From the NCBI RefSeq assembly GCF_009914755.1, contig NC_060947.1: DNA of 64,000 nt; one strand, given 5' to 3'. Source of the DNA: the human T2T-CHM13v2.0 reference genome, Homo sapiens. This document shows positions 41,451-55,906 of this stretch, one piece after another. Positions within the stretch are counted from its first letter, which is position 1. Each line of letters starts with the position of its first letter. The position numbers and the translations under genes were made by a program. A model generated the notes under the pieces. The model did not search any database. It was not told the origin of the DNA and was given only the letters and a program-made list of their open reading frames with translations.

Positions 41451-42198
41451 TCGTAAGTTGAAAAAGCAATATAATCGAAGATGTACAATGGCTTGTGCCA
41501 TTCTGAAGACACCCAGGTCAGATTTAATCAGGCTCACGCAATACAGAGTAAAAGTTATCAAGCATGCAAGATTATTCCATATTTCCAGTTTACAATCAAG
41601 ATGGTAAATTTCAGTGTTGTATGTGTAGTATTTATCTTTTGTTAGCTTCAAAAGCAGAGGTTAACTACTATTCCTACATAAATTGTATTCAATAAAATCT
41701 TTGCCATTACTATGTAGACCTAAGCTATTTTATATGAAGAAACTGAAGAATCAAAGTAAATATTACCTTTCCTTGCATAAATTCACATGGCTACCAATTT
41801 ATCTTGCAGCAGCACATGGGTTAGACCTTTAGGCCTTATCACCAAGAGAACATTAAATCAAAATATAAACAGCAGCTTCTGACCAGACTAGAAGTAGGCC
41901 AAAGCAGTGACTTCCTTTTTTCTTTCTTTTGGCTATGAGATTACAGAAGATAAATTTCTTAACCAGAAAGTGGATTTGCTTGTGGCTTGTTCTTTTACAT
42001 GTTGATTTCTTTTAAATTAGCCTTCTTTAAAGCAAGTTTTAATGCAGCACAGTCAACAAACATTTCAACACCGTATTTATTAAAATTAGAGAACTTCTAT
42101 GGTAAATACAATGGAATATTTCTGCTACTGAACATTTTTAACGTAAAAAAAGGGCAGGAATATCTTCCTCTGATTCCTAAGTTTTAAAAACACATTTC

Positions 42199-42292
42199 AT
42201 TGCTTGAGCCCAGGTGTTCAAGGTTACAGTGAGCTATGACCATACCACTGCACTCCAGCCTGGGTGACAGGGTAAGACACTGACTCAAAAAT
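42199..42292 (+). mobile_element. Alu right-arm 3' fragment (AluJ/FRAM-like)
   Basis: 'ttgcttgagcccagg...cactgcactccagcctgggtgacag'. Confidence 0.85.
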
Positions 42293-42711
42293 TGCATTCA
42301 GTGTTTGCAGAAAATTTACAGCAAAAAAGAAAAACACTGTTCTGGGAATCTGAAGATCAGAATTCAAGTTCCATCTCTCCTGGTAACACATTTAGAACAT
42401 CGGGCTTTTCCAATAATTAAATTCTTCAACTCTATGGAAAAGTAAAATTCATTTACTCTAAACTCTTCTTTCTATAGCTGAAATGGCTATAGCCCAGGGT
42501 AATGAAGGTCCTAAGGCTAGTTAGCAACACAACAGAGAATAAGAGTCAGGTCTCCTGATGCTCAACCTATAAAGCTTTCCTTTAGAACTGTTTGTCAAAA
42601 GATTCAATTGGTATGTATGGACCACTTCCTATTAACTAAGCACTGTAGTAGATATTTTTACCTATGTTATCTTTCATGGCTTCCTTTTACAAATCAAGCT
42701 GCCTCTGTAGT

Positions 42712-43098
42712 TGTATTAGTTTGCTAGGGCTGCCATAATAAATATCACAACCAGGTAGCTTAAACAGCAGAAATTTACTTCCTCACAATTCTGGAGGCTG
42801 GAAGTCCAAGATCAGGGTGTCAGCAGGGTTGGATTCATTGTGAGGTCTCTCTCCTTGGCTTGCAGAGAGCCACCTTCTCTCTGTATCCTCACATGGTTGT
42901 CCCTGTATATTTTTTGTGTCATAAATTCTTCTTCCTCTAAGGAATCAATCAGATTGAATTAGGGTCAGCCTAACAACCCTTCGTTAACTTTATAACTTCT
43001 TTAAAAGTCCTTTCTCCAAATACAGTCATATTTTTAGGTACTGGGGGTTAGGGCTTCAGCATATGAAGTTGGAGGGGGGGCAAGTAAGCCCATAACAC
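42712..43098 (-). mobile_element. MLT1B-like solo LTR
   Basis: 'tgtattagtttgctagggctgccata...gcccataaca'. Confidence 0.85.
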
Positions 43099-43137
43099 TG
43101 GCTTTTATGAACTTACTCTCGTTTAATCTGTTATAAT

Positions 43138-43536
43138 TGTTAAAAACAAATTTTAACTGAATTAAATTCAACAGTGTTTAATTGAGCAAAGAAAGATTCA
43201 CGAATTGGGCAGCCTCTTGAGCCAGAGTAGGCTCAGAGACTCCAGCAGAGGCATGAGGTGGAAGATGATTTATGGATAGAAAAAGGAAAGTGAGGCACAG
43301 AAAATGGAAGTGAGGTACAGAAACAGCCAGATTGGTTACAGCTCAGTGTTTGCCTTATTTGAACACAGTTTGAACATTTGGCCACTTCTGATTGGCCAAA
43401 ACTTCAGTGATCGGGACAAGAGTAGGCTGCAGAATTTACCACTCCATTTAGGTTATAGTTCACAATGGACAGAGAAACCTTTAGGCCAAACTTAAAATAT
43501 GTTAGGAGGCAGCTTTAGGCTAAACTTGATTTATCA
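43138..43536 (-). mobile_element. MER57-family ERV1 solo LTR
   Basis: TG...CA ends; 'aggcagctttaggctaaacttgatt'; repeated gattgg boxes. Confidence 0.7.
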
Positions 43537-43811
43537 TGTTTTAACTTGTTATAGTTTAATTTGTTGTGCCTCCTCCTACTTCAGTAAGTGCTTACTCAAC
43601 TCATCCAGCCAGCCCTGTTCCTAATACACCACTTTCTTTCATCTTTTTCTTTTGTTTAATATCTGTCCTATTTTTTTTCTTTTCCGCTTGCTTCTCATTT
43701 GTAATAATAAGAGCTACAGGCGATCACATAAAATGACAGATTCTTTTTCATATAATCTCTCGTACTTTTCACAAATAACAGGCAAGGCAAATATTAATAA
43801 ACCCATTTTAA

Positions 43812-44127
<316 letters not shown>

Positions 44128-44764
44128 AAACCCATTTTATAAATGTAGAAACTAAGGTTTAGAGAAGTTAAGTAAGTTTCCCCAAGTCAAATAAGCGAGC
44201 AAAGGATCTTTGTTTGAACTCAGATCTGATTCCAAATTCTGTGCTTTTATTTCCTGTACTTACCACTTGTTAGTTTTTTTCGTACTACCTGCTAATACCT
44301 CAGGTCAGTTAGAGTTTTCAGTGTGTTAATAAGCAGTGCATAGCCATGCTGGAAAAACACATGCTAATGAGGCAAATGCATTCTGTGTTTTTTGCTTTTT
44401 AATATCAGGTGTCCTCCTATTTCTTGTTGCTGCAAATTTAATTAATATACCGAGAAAATAAATTACATTAGATGAGAACTAGGCTTAAGCTGAATGGGAA
44501 CAAAAGGTCTTAAATGTTTTAAACACTTTCATAAAATTGGCTCTGTTATAAATTAAATATATTATTCATCCCTTCTACTTACTTACATTTGCCCACATCA
44601 CATGAATGTGAAATTAAGACTTTACCACATAAGCACAGAGGATGACAGAAAATCTCTCATTAAGGCAGTACCCTTAATGCAAATTATATTTGTACTTTTG
44701 GAAACAGCAGATACCCTGAGTATAAACCTAAGGGCAGTGGAGTAAACTGCAGTTGTTCCAATGC

Positions 44765-45260
44765 CTCATTCATTCATTTAACAAATGCTTATTGAAAACC
44801 TACACAAGTGGCAAGCCCTGTGGTAGCTGCCTGGGATAAAGTCATGACTATGCCAGTTGAGAGTCTCTGCTTTCCTGAAATTGGGACTTTAGTTGGGGAG
44901 AAAGACATTAGACCATGACTCACACAAAGAGCAAAATAGTTACTATTTTGGTTTATGAGGGAAAATAAAGCTATCTGGGTAAGTAATTAACCACGAATTT
45001 TTCTCCATTCTGAGGGCTCAAGGAAGGCCTCTCTAAGAAAGTGACTTTCAAGTTGAAACAAAAAGGAAGAGAAGATATTAGCTAGATAAAGAGGGAAAAA
45101 ATATTGCCAGTGGAGGTAGTAGCATTTACAAACACCCTAAGGACAAAGGGACACAGGTCACTGAAGGTACAGAGGTTGGCCCGAGAGGCTCTAATAAAGA
45201 AGTATGGAGGTAAATGAAGAGAGTGGCATGGGCCAGAAGTATAAGACCTTGCAGGTGAAA
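44765..45260 (-). mobile_element. L2
   Basis: 'cattcattcatttaacaaatgcttattga', 'tcaaggaaggcctctctaagaaagtgac'. Confidence 0.8.
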
Positions 45261-45719
45261 AGGGGGAATCAGAAAGAAAAATGTAATTCTGATTACTTTT
45301 GATGGAAATTTATTTTGATATTTTCATAATGAAATACAAAAATATATCAGTACATCTTCTTAAAAAATCAAAAAGGAATTCTGTATCATTTCCATGGTAA
45401 TGCAGCTGCTTGTAGCATATCAGAGGGAGGTATATTTTCTGGGCTCCAGTGAGCATTGTTCTGAGAATCACCCAGAGGCATGGAAATGGATAATAGCAAG
45501 GGTGGTAACAACTGCCACAATGAAACCTTGCTATCATCATGAAAACCTCCAAACAAAGCCGACGAAAGCAAAATGTTTTTCTCTGAGATTTAGCAAAGCA
45601 GCCTAACAAATGTTGCTAATTTTTAAAGTGACACCAATGAACCAATGAAGTTTACAGGATTTTCCTAGGATTAAGTAAAGGCTTAAACATTCGCTGACTT
45701 TTCTCTACCTCTCTCCTCC

Positions 45720-46001
45720 TTTTTTTTTTTTTTTTTTTTTGAGATGGAGTCTCGCTTTGTCACCCAGGCTGGAGTACAGTGGCACGATCTCGGCTCACTG
45801 CAACCTCCACCTCCAGGGTTCAAGGGCCTCTCGATTTCAAGCAATTCTCAGGCCTCAGACTCCCGAGTAGCTGGGATTACAATTGTATGTCACCACGCCC
45901 AGCTAATTTTTGTACTTTTAGTAGAGATGGGGTTTCGCCATGTTGGCCAGGCTGGTCTCGAACTCCTGACCTCAATTGATCTTCCAGCCTCGGCCTCCCA
46001 A
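45720..46001 (-). mobile_element. AluS-type, 5'-truncated
   Basis: Antisense Alu ending at 'cctcggcctcccaa'. Confidence 0.92.
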
Positions 46002-46118
46002 TTCTTAATTGACCATTCTCACAAAGATAAGAGTAAGTAGAAGTCAACCTTAAATAAGAGCTTAGAAGACTTCAGATCTATGTACCAAAGAGAAAAGCAA
46101 ATAAAACATTCTATTTTA

Positions 46119-46159
46119 TTTTACCTTTCAGCATACATTCTGTATGCTGAAAGGTAAAA
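46119..46159. repeat. Perfect 19-bp inverted repeat with a 3-nt loop
   Basis: ttttacctttcagcataca-ttc-tgtatgctgaaaggtaaaa. Confidence 0.97.
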
Positions 46160-46339
46160 ACATATGCTTGTAGAGGTGGCATTTTTCATTATCTGTAGTC
46201 ATTTCTCACTGTGATAACATCTTTATAAAGCACTGATGCAAGTATACAGGATTTTGATCTTTATGGTAAATTACAAAGATTGCATATATAAAACAGAAGG
46301 CAGACAAAATGTGCACAGTCCAATCTTAACTCCTGAAAC

Positions 46340-46740
46340 ACTGATCTCAACATTTGTGGAATGTTTGCTATGTATAAGGCACTATTCTAATGTCTTTATA
46401 TCTATTTTCTTATTCAGTCCTCACATTTTACAGATGAAGCCTAAAACATAGAACATAAATAGCTTCCCTAAGGGCTCAGCCAGTAATTTGTGGAGCAGGT
46501 CCCCAAATACATTTTCAACTAGTCTGAGTGAGAACTAACATTTATTAGAAATCTACTTATTCTGTAGCTCCACTAAGTGGTTTATATGCATTATCTAATT
46601 TAGTCTCCATACGAATATTCTAAGATTGGCATTATTGTCCCTATATTTTAGATGAGGAAACTGAGACTCAGAGGTGAAAAGTGATAAATAGTATATGATA
46701 GGGCTGGAATTTAAATCCAGTCTACCTATATACAACATGC
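46340..46740 (-). mobile_element. Two adjacent MIR fragments
   Basis: 'cattttacagatgaag' and 'ttttagatgaggaaactgagactcagagg'. Confidence 0.75.
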
Positions 46741-46921
46741 TACCAGACACTAGAAATGATCACCAATAAAGATATATCCATTTAGTTTATGCCCTTCCCA
46801 TATAATAAGGGTTACGTATTATGATATGAATATAATAATGAGCATTAGTTGTCAGAGATAAGCAAGTTAGTGACCTTCACTAATTACTAGCTGAAGGGTT
46901 TAGTGAGTTCTTATAATTTTA

Positions 46922-47704
46922 TGTTACCTCGGCATCGACTTCGAATACAGGTTTAACTATCATATTATACCAGAAGCACAGCTTAGTCACCCTTGACACA
47001 GTTTCCAGTTCTACATCACATACAAATGGCTCAAGCTGGTGGCCAGAGATAAGAACTTAGAGGCATCTCCCCCGCTTAGAAGACTAGACTCCCAGCTTTC
47101 CCACCACTGCTTCCTTTAAAACAGATCATTCAGGCATTTGCCTACAAACTTAAAGTGACCCACACCCTATTTCCTTATATATACTACTATTTGGCCATGT
47201 GGTGTCTCCCTCTCTCTGCCTGACTCTTCATTCCTGCCTTCTGTGACCCAGGGACAGAGAACTGCCCACCCAACTCATTACGCCCTCTCTGCTGAGAATC
47301 TGTTTGTAAAAGCCTTTGAACTTATTTCCTATTGTGGTGGTACACCGAATTTGCACCTTCCATCAGAAGAATCAGGGGCTGCCGCAGGTCTGGTTTTCCC
47401 CAGGACTCTGAGGGGAATACAAGATCAGGCTCCCAGCATCAGAGTGATAGACAGGCACAAACAGGACACAGGTCAAACAAGAGCCACAGGGGTATCTGCT
47501 AGTATAAACAAGTTTTCCGTATAAGGGACCTCCTGGTCATAGGTTGGACAACTAGGCATTAGGCTATCTGCCAAGTAAAAGAAGTATCCTGTCAGAGGCA
47601 CTCTATAAGCAGCACACGTCCAGCTTCCCTTTACATTTCGTTAGGGCAGGGTTGCTAGCCACTCTGGTACTGGAATCCCAATTTAGCTGAGAGCTCTCAA
47701 AACA
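46922..47704 (+). mobile_element. MER54-like ERVL solo LTR
   Basis: 'tgttacctcggcatc...gtcacccttgacacagtttccag...gctctcaaaaca'. Confidence 0.7.
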
Positions 47705-47789
47705 AAGGGTCACTTGTTATCTAACAAGAGTGAGGAGAAAAAAAATCATGGGCATGAGTGACCAACTACCAAATAGCATTTCACTCACA

Positions 47790-48350
47790 ATAATATGGAG
47801 TTGAGGGGTGTTGTGATCAGAGCTGTTTACTAGAAAAATTTAATGGGTAGTATTCATATGATAAATTAGATGAGTCAGGGATGTGGGACAAAGAAAATAA
47901 TTAAGAGGGTTTTCATAATAGTTAAAAAGAGAAGTTGCAAGGGCCTCAACTACTGTGGTAGCCATGGGAATGGAAAGGAGCACATAGATGAGAGAAAAGT
48001 CTGATGAACAAGAGAAGTTGACGAAAGTAGAAAGCTTTAAAGATGGTGAACTCAAGGATTCTTAGCCGTTGAGCCACCATGACTGGGAGGTTGGTGAGGT
48101 TAAGGAAATCTAGAGAGAGGCTATTTTTATGAGCTTCATTTTGGACATGTAGAATTTGAAATACCAGCAAAGAGATGTCAGATAGGCAATTGTAAATTCA
48201 GTAGCTCTATTTAGGAGGGATATTGTATCTTCTGTTTAGAAGTGAGAACTTATTCATTTACTAAGCCCAGTTATATGCCATCCACTCTGCAAAGCACTGA
48301 AGAAACAAAAATGAATAAGACACAAAATCTCACCCTCAAAAGCTTGGAGA
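47790..48350 (-). mobile_element. L2 fragments
   Basis: 'gagcttcattttggacatgtagaatttga', 'aaaatgaataagacacaa'. Confidence 0.7.
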
Positions 48351-48352
48351 CA

Positions 48353-48943
48353 TGTGGCAGCTGGTCTCCAAGTTGGCCATAATTAATTTCTTTCCTCCAT
48401 ATATGTGTATACCATGCCTTCATTCCTCCCCTTCTGTTGTTCCTCCCCTTCTCTTACATAGAGACTGGCTTTTTAACTTGCTTTAACAATTGAAAGTGGG
48501 GGAAAATAATGTTTTAAGAGTTCTGCGGCTGGGTCATAGAAAGTCTCGCAACTTCTGTGTGGGCCGCTGGGAACCCTTGCTCTGGGAAAAGCCAGCTTCC
48601 ATATAAGAAATCTGATTACTGTCATGCTATGAGAAGCCCAAGCTACATGGAAAAGTCCTAAAAATTAGACACCTTTTGAAGAAAGAGAAGCCAAGAAGCA
48701 CCAAGACACTAGATATTTGTATAAAGAAGCCACCTTGTAAGTAGATCCTCTGACACCAGCTATCCAGACTTGTGCCATGTAGGTCAGAGTTGAACTACCC
48801 GGCTAAGCTCCTGGAAAGTTTCTGACCCACAAATTCATAAAATATACTATACTTACTTCAAATACTATGTTGTTATTGTTTTAGGTCATTGTAAACCATT
48901 AAGTTTTGAAATATTTTTTATGTAGCAATAACTAATCAGAACA
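48353..48943 (+). mobile_element. MLT1 (F/G/H-like) solo LTR
   Basis: 'tgtggcagctggtctccaag...atgtagcaataactaatcagaaca'. Confidence 0.75.
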
Positions 48944-49109
48944 GGATATGAGAACAAACTAGATGCCATAATGTACTTGGAGAGGTAGGCATGTGAAAAT
49001 TCATAATGCTGTGTGATAAGTGTAATCTCTACCGGGGAGAAAATATGAAGAGAGAAGAAAAGGTGGCACAGAAGAGATCTTAATTTGAAGGAGAGCAAAA
49101 AGTATGTTT

Positions 49110-49412
<303 letters not shown>

Positions 49413-52400
49413 AAAAAATTACAAACTATCATGAGTAGTTAAAGAGCAGATTTGATTATGGCAATTTAAGGGTGCGAATGCCATTTATGAGTTACATTTC
49501 CAGTCAATAACAATACAGTGGAAAGGTGTATACAATTTATGGCAATTTGAGGACAAATTAGATTTAAATCACTTTAGTTATGCTTATATAGATTTAACTA
49601 TCATGGAAGTCGTCTTTATTTTCCTGAAAGTATTTACAAATAGGTCGGTTCTGCTACATAAAACACTATATGATTAGTAATATAATTGCTTAGAAAATGA
49701 TACACAGAGCAGGGTCAATAAACAGTACATCAATAGTACATATTAAAAAAGGAACAAGGACATCTTAGCTTCTATGTTCACTGTATGTTGGCATCTGAAT
49801 CTTAACTTGTGACAAATCTAATAACACTTCATTATTTTCCACAAGTCCATTATTGGTTCCTTCTTAAGATAACAATGCAGTACAGTGTTTATGAGTATTT
49901 TAAATGTCAATCTTTATCCCTCAAAGATTATCTATGAATTTACTTTAATAAATCAGGGCACAATTTTCTGAGGAACACAAGTCTAAAAGAAAGGGCTCCT
50001 GTTAATATGGCATTTGTTTACAAGGAGCAAGGAAATGAATGCTTTGTAAAGCTACCCACAAACCTTTCTGGGATATTTTCTGTGTTAATAAATTTCATCT
50101 TTATGTGAAGGTTAAAATAAAGGTACAAAGCTACCTTTCTTGAAGAAAGAAGAGCCCCATCTGAGACTATTCAGTGGTGGGTTGGTAAAGTGCTACAGCC
50201 TTTTCGGGATACTGAAGATACAGATTAAGAGGTTTACTGAAAGATATTTAAGCTCTTTCCTATTCTTAATGATCAAGTCAATCAACCTTTAGCTTGGGGT
50301 TCCTTTATATACAAGGCCAAGAGATCTGAAGTAAGTGGTAATGTTATTAAGCCTACCATCGAAGATACATGTCTTACCTGAAATTTCTCTTGCCTCTATT
50401 TACTAGTCTATCAACTAATTCAGAAACTCTTTTTGGTTGATAGGAAGGTTCTCTTCTGTGTATCTGCCAATTCTTCTTTAAAGATCTCAATCATTTGTAT
50501 CTCCCTATTCCCCTTTCCCGTTTGAATCCAGAAACCCCTGGGATTTCCCTGTCAGAAACCTGAGTCAAAGAAATTTAAGCCATATCAATAAAACCATACT
50601 GCACTTAGTGAAGAAAAATTAAGGGCATCTGTTTCAAGGGAAGACTGGGTTACCAAACTATGAAGCCATTTCTACTTCAGAGACACTAAGAATGTGTAGC
50701 TGGCTTCACTGCTAATCTGTGATAAGCCTATCTATCTTAGCCATCCTGTGAATTCAGAAGCCCTTAATCACTGCAGCATCTAGGATCTTCAATCAGGAAA
50801 TGTCAAAGGAAGGAAGTAAAGGGAGTTGAATAGGGTTGACGAGGGAAACACATAAACACTGACATATACTGGTGAAGACAAAAGAGAAAAGAAAGTGAAA
50901 GAGGGAGCAGAGAAGATAGAAAAGTGTATTTCAAGGAAAAGTTTTGGTACAGCTAAGCAAGACAGCTTTTAATAAGAGAAAGGCCTTATATGTGTATATT
51001 TAGAATGCTATGAAACACCAAAAGCCAAATTCGAAGCTACCTATTTTCTACAGCAATCATCCATATTTATACAACTATAATTTGTTTATACTTATATAAG
51101 AAGTATCCAAATGGGAATGGCATCCTGTGGCATATTATATTATGACAGACAGTGCATAGTAATACTGTGATGTATATACAAAATGACACAAGATTAACCA
51201 AAACAAATGTTATTATTTAATATTATCATTCAATACCAGAAAACAGAAGTTTTTTTCTCTTGCTATGATAGTTCTCATTCCCTTCCAAAAAGGGACATTG
51301 TGCTCTATAAATAATGTAGGCTTTTTGTTGATGATCATTGTTTTGTTCCACAGATTTAAAAAAACACTAAGTATTTTTCTCTCAGTGAATCTTTCTAAAT
51401 CATAAATTGAGTACCTGAATTTTAAGTTGAATTAACAAAATTGAATTAGACATTTAAAAGTGTCCCCTAGACCAAAGAATGGTATTATAATTGAAGAAAT
51501 AATGTTTATAATCAAATTTGAGTAATAAATTGTCATCACACATTATTTTCCTCAGCACAAGCAATGAGTTTGTATACTTAATTGTAGGAAAGTAATCTCC
51601 TAATCATATTTTTCAGAAAATATTTCTATGAGTGTATTTCTTAAAAGTATAAGTAGTACAAAGAAAAGAGAAAATTTTCTGCTTCCCATATCTTCAGATG
51701 AAGTTAAAGAGATATAACATAGTAGAAAACATTCCGAATTCAGAAAATAATTTGTGGTTTTAGTTCCAGTTCTGTCCCAAACTAGTTGTTATCATGGGTA
51801 AATCATTTCTGTAGGCTTCAAATTTCTCCTCTGTAACTAGGTCATCTTAAGAGTTCTCAGCTTTGAATATGCTATACAATTATGAACACATTTACCAATT
51901 TTCCAAATAAGTTGGGGCATAAGTGCATGATTCAAGTTGGATCATTCCATTTGATTCACATTTATCTCATGGACTTATTTGGGTAAGAACTAGGAGTTCT
52001 GTGGCATCCTAGTCTACAAATAAGCTCATCATAATTCATCTAAAATGTAGAGGTAAGGAGATAGCCACAGGTGATCAATTTTGATTTTGTAATATTTTTT
52101 AATTTCAACTTAAAATGTGCTTATTATATTAAACCAAACATGCAAGGAATTTTGCAAAATTAGTAAAAATCACTCTTCAAACAAAATATTAGCAAGAGAT
52201 CCAAGGGTAAAGCAACAGCCTCATATTTTAACCCCTCCTCATACATTGTTTTCCATACGTAGCAGGATTTTACAACAGTACTAATTACTAGATCCAATTT
52301 GACTAAATAAAACCAAACATCCACATTATCTGGTGCAAATTATCTTGTGTATTGCAGATGCATATCCAAAGCTGATGTTTGCAATTTTGAATAAGAAACA

Positions 52401-53099
52401 CAAAGGAAACAATGCCATTTCCATTAAATGAGATGGAATACATAAAACACTCTTTGATTGTTAACTGATTGCCTTTTGTAAGTAGTGACCATCCACAGCA
52501 ATAAAGAAGTCTTATTTCTCTGTGAGTATATTGACAAATAGCCACATCTAGGTGACACAAACTAAGTATCTGCAACTGCTAAAAACCACTGGAGATAATT
52601 AGTGGCTCTGCACCTTTAGTAAACAAACCATCTCTGACCATCTCAATCTGTTTCGGAAAATGCATTAATTTTGCTATTTTCAACTCTTTAAAAATATTTT
52701 ATGATGATCGGCAATCCGAGGATGGGCTTTCCTTCTTATCTATGTTTGCTCATATGGCAAATGACCAGTCCAGGAATTTTTGCTGGTTTTGTTTCATTTC
52801 TGATAATCATTTCCTGAGAAGATGGCTGACACTTTTGTCCTATTTCCCTTAAAACAGTGGAAAAATTCAAAATAATGCTCTCTCCCAGCTCTCTCCCTGT
52901 TCCTTCGGTGAAATAACCCTGCATTGTACCTACTTCCCAGATTTACACTTCATCATTAAGGAAAAAATTTAGTACTTTCTTTTAGCCTAAGTTGGGTGAA
53001 TCATGTAGCCTCTCTGAACTTCTGTAGCAGTATTTGTAAATTGGAGATCACAACAACAATAACAATAATAACACCTCACTGGCATATTTTGATGGTTAC

Positions 53100-53581
53100 C
53101 GACAAAAATTCTTTGCTTGGTCAGATTCTAGTCAGCCTTCTGCACCTTTACCTAGGCCCATCTGTACTTCCTCATAAAATCCAGTTTTAGCAAAAAAACC
53201 CTTCTAAGCCAGCTTAGCAAGAACCCCTCACCTTCAATTTCTGATCACCCTGATAACTGATCCAGTTCCTCATCCTCCACCGTCCCTTAGGTGATGTCTG
53301 ATCTCCCTGGCCTGTCTTCAGCAAAAGTCCTGTTAGGTTGGTTTAGCCAGAATCCCCCTTACCTCTGATGCTTCCTTGTAGTAATTTTCCATTCACTGAC
53401 CCCCTCCCTGCACCTTGGCTATAAATTCTCACTTACCCATGCTGTATTCAGAGTTGAGCCCAATCTCTCTCCCCTACCACAAGACCCCATTCAAGTGGTC
53501 CCTATACCTATTGCTATGGTCCTGAATAAACCTTTCCTTACCATGCTTTAACAAGTACCATTGAATGTTTTTTATTTAACA
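53100..53581 (+). mobile_element. MER31-like ERV1 solo LTR
   Basis: 'ttggtttagccagaatccccc', TATA 'ctataaat', 'aataaa', ends 'tttaaca'. Confidence 0.75.
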
Positions 53582-55283
53582 TTATATAAGCTAATATTGT
53601 GAATTTTCTGTCACAGAATATGAACTAAAAACAGAGTCGTTGTTAATGGTAAGTCTGGAATGTCGTCCAAATTACATATCTTTTCCCACTAATAGAGATA
53701 CTTTTACCAATAGATTATTGATTTTTCTCTCCCTCATTTCTTACCTGTCACTGTTGTGATAATTTTTTTCTCAATAAAGTCACAAAAATGTTGCTTATTT
53801 GCTAAGACACTAAATATATAATTACCATAAAAATATTAAGATATCATTGAAGACTGTTCGTGCATATATTATACACTTACATGTATTTTTTTTCAAATAC
53901 ATCCTATCTTCCCAACCTGACCAATAAAAAATTCAATAAGTATTTGTTTTCTCTTTTATTTTCATTCTGAATATAACACAATTTTGCTAGACAAATGCCT
54001 TCTAGCACTACTATCTGGACTAGACAATCTGCTCAATGGAGATAAATGGAAAGACTAGCCTTCTACATGAAATGGGAGAAACAGTATTTGTTCTTTTATC
54101 CCTTCCAGTTCTTTTTGAAACTTCCATATGTATATGTATGACAGCTGGCATGCACACTAACAGTTGCAAATATTTGTATTCTCAACCTTCATTCCATAAC
54201 TTTTACAATTTTCACAAGCCCCCACATTTTAATATCATGGAATCCCTCTGAGAGTAGCTTTATCTTAAGCTGCATATATGCAGTTGGAATAATGTGCTAT
54301 CTACTGAGACCAATATCTGTAGTGAAATTTTCATATAAACTGTTCTCACTGTTGCTGGGGAAATATATATGATACACTATTTTGTCATAAATTTGCTATT
54401 GCTCATGATGAAATTTTTTAGTGTTTCTCTATGACTATTAGAAAGTTAAACCCAAGACATTAAACAATTGTTCAGGGAATCTGATAAAGTTTTTTTAATC
54501 TATTAAGATAAAATATTTGAAAGATGACCCCTGAACCAAGATTTTAAACATGATTTTTCTCTTATAGCTAAATGGACATTTATCAAATGCTGATTAAGAT
54601 GGCTTAAGAACAAGAAGAAAAATGATGAATGCCTCATGAAGAAAGATTGATTTTTTTCTTCCTATACTCCTGTTTCCTGTTCAATTGATGCCTTTGAATT
54701 TAAATTTTTTGCTTAGTCATCCTATCTATCAAGTTAGATGAATGAAATCAATACTCCTACAGCGAAAATTAGCTCACTAATATTTACATTTATTTTCTTC
54801 CTTTCTTTTCCTACTGCAATCTGTTACCATACTACATATCTTTCAAATGACTCTACAATGCTCTCTGCTTAACAATGAATCAATGGAATTTTAAATTATT
54901 TCCTTTGCACAGTTGAAATCTCTTATTAATGGCAATGCTGTAGGACAAAGAGAAAAACGAATATAAGAAGCTTTGAAGAGGAGTGATAGAGACAATATTA
55001 GTGGCTTATTGAAAAGAAATTAGAACAGACAGACTAGACTTTTAACAAATGATTGTATGCAATGACTATGTGATTGAACTTTTTTAAAGGTGATGCTACT
55101 GTTTCCAGAATAAATTCTTATGGTAGTAATTTATTTTCCTGACATTACAATTGGCTTTTGTGCCTGCAAATTGATATATCTTTGTAAGATTGTTTCCACT
55201 GACATTTTTTCCAAATTAAAATATAAATGCCTTTGCATGCTTTTCATATTTAACTTGTTCTCTTAATATAAAAAGTTGCATCC

Positions 55284-55581
<298 letters not shown>

Positions 55582-55906
55582 CTTGCATTCAATTTTAAAA
55601 TATTTGTGATACACCTGAAACCGAGATGACTTAAATACTGAAAGGAAAAATTCGGACATTTGGTTCTTTAATGGAATTTATTATCTCTAAGATTATAATT
55701 CCTGATATCAAAACCTTTTCCAGGGAAAAAGATAAATATACATTATTCATTCACATGCAGTAAATAAGTACAAATGAACAGTTATTTAATATTGCTTTAA
55801 TAACTTTTTGAATATTAAATTTAAAGTTCCAAATGAGTCTAGTCTTTTATCTTAAAGATTTTAATCACTCTTTCATCATCTATGTGTATTATTTATAATA
55901 CGGAAA

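Noticed and set aside
45310-45609. Overlapping ORFs on both strands in unique sequence
   Set aside because: No recognisable protein family or exon structure; consistent with chance.
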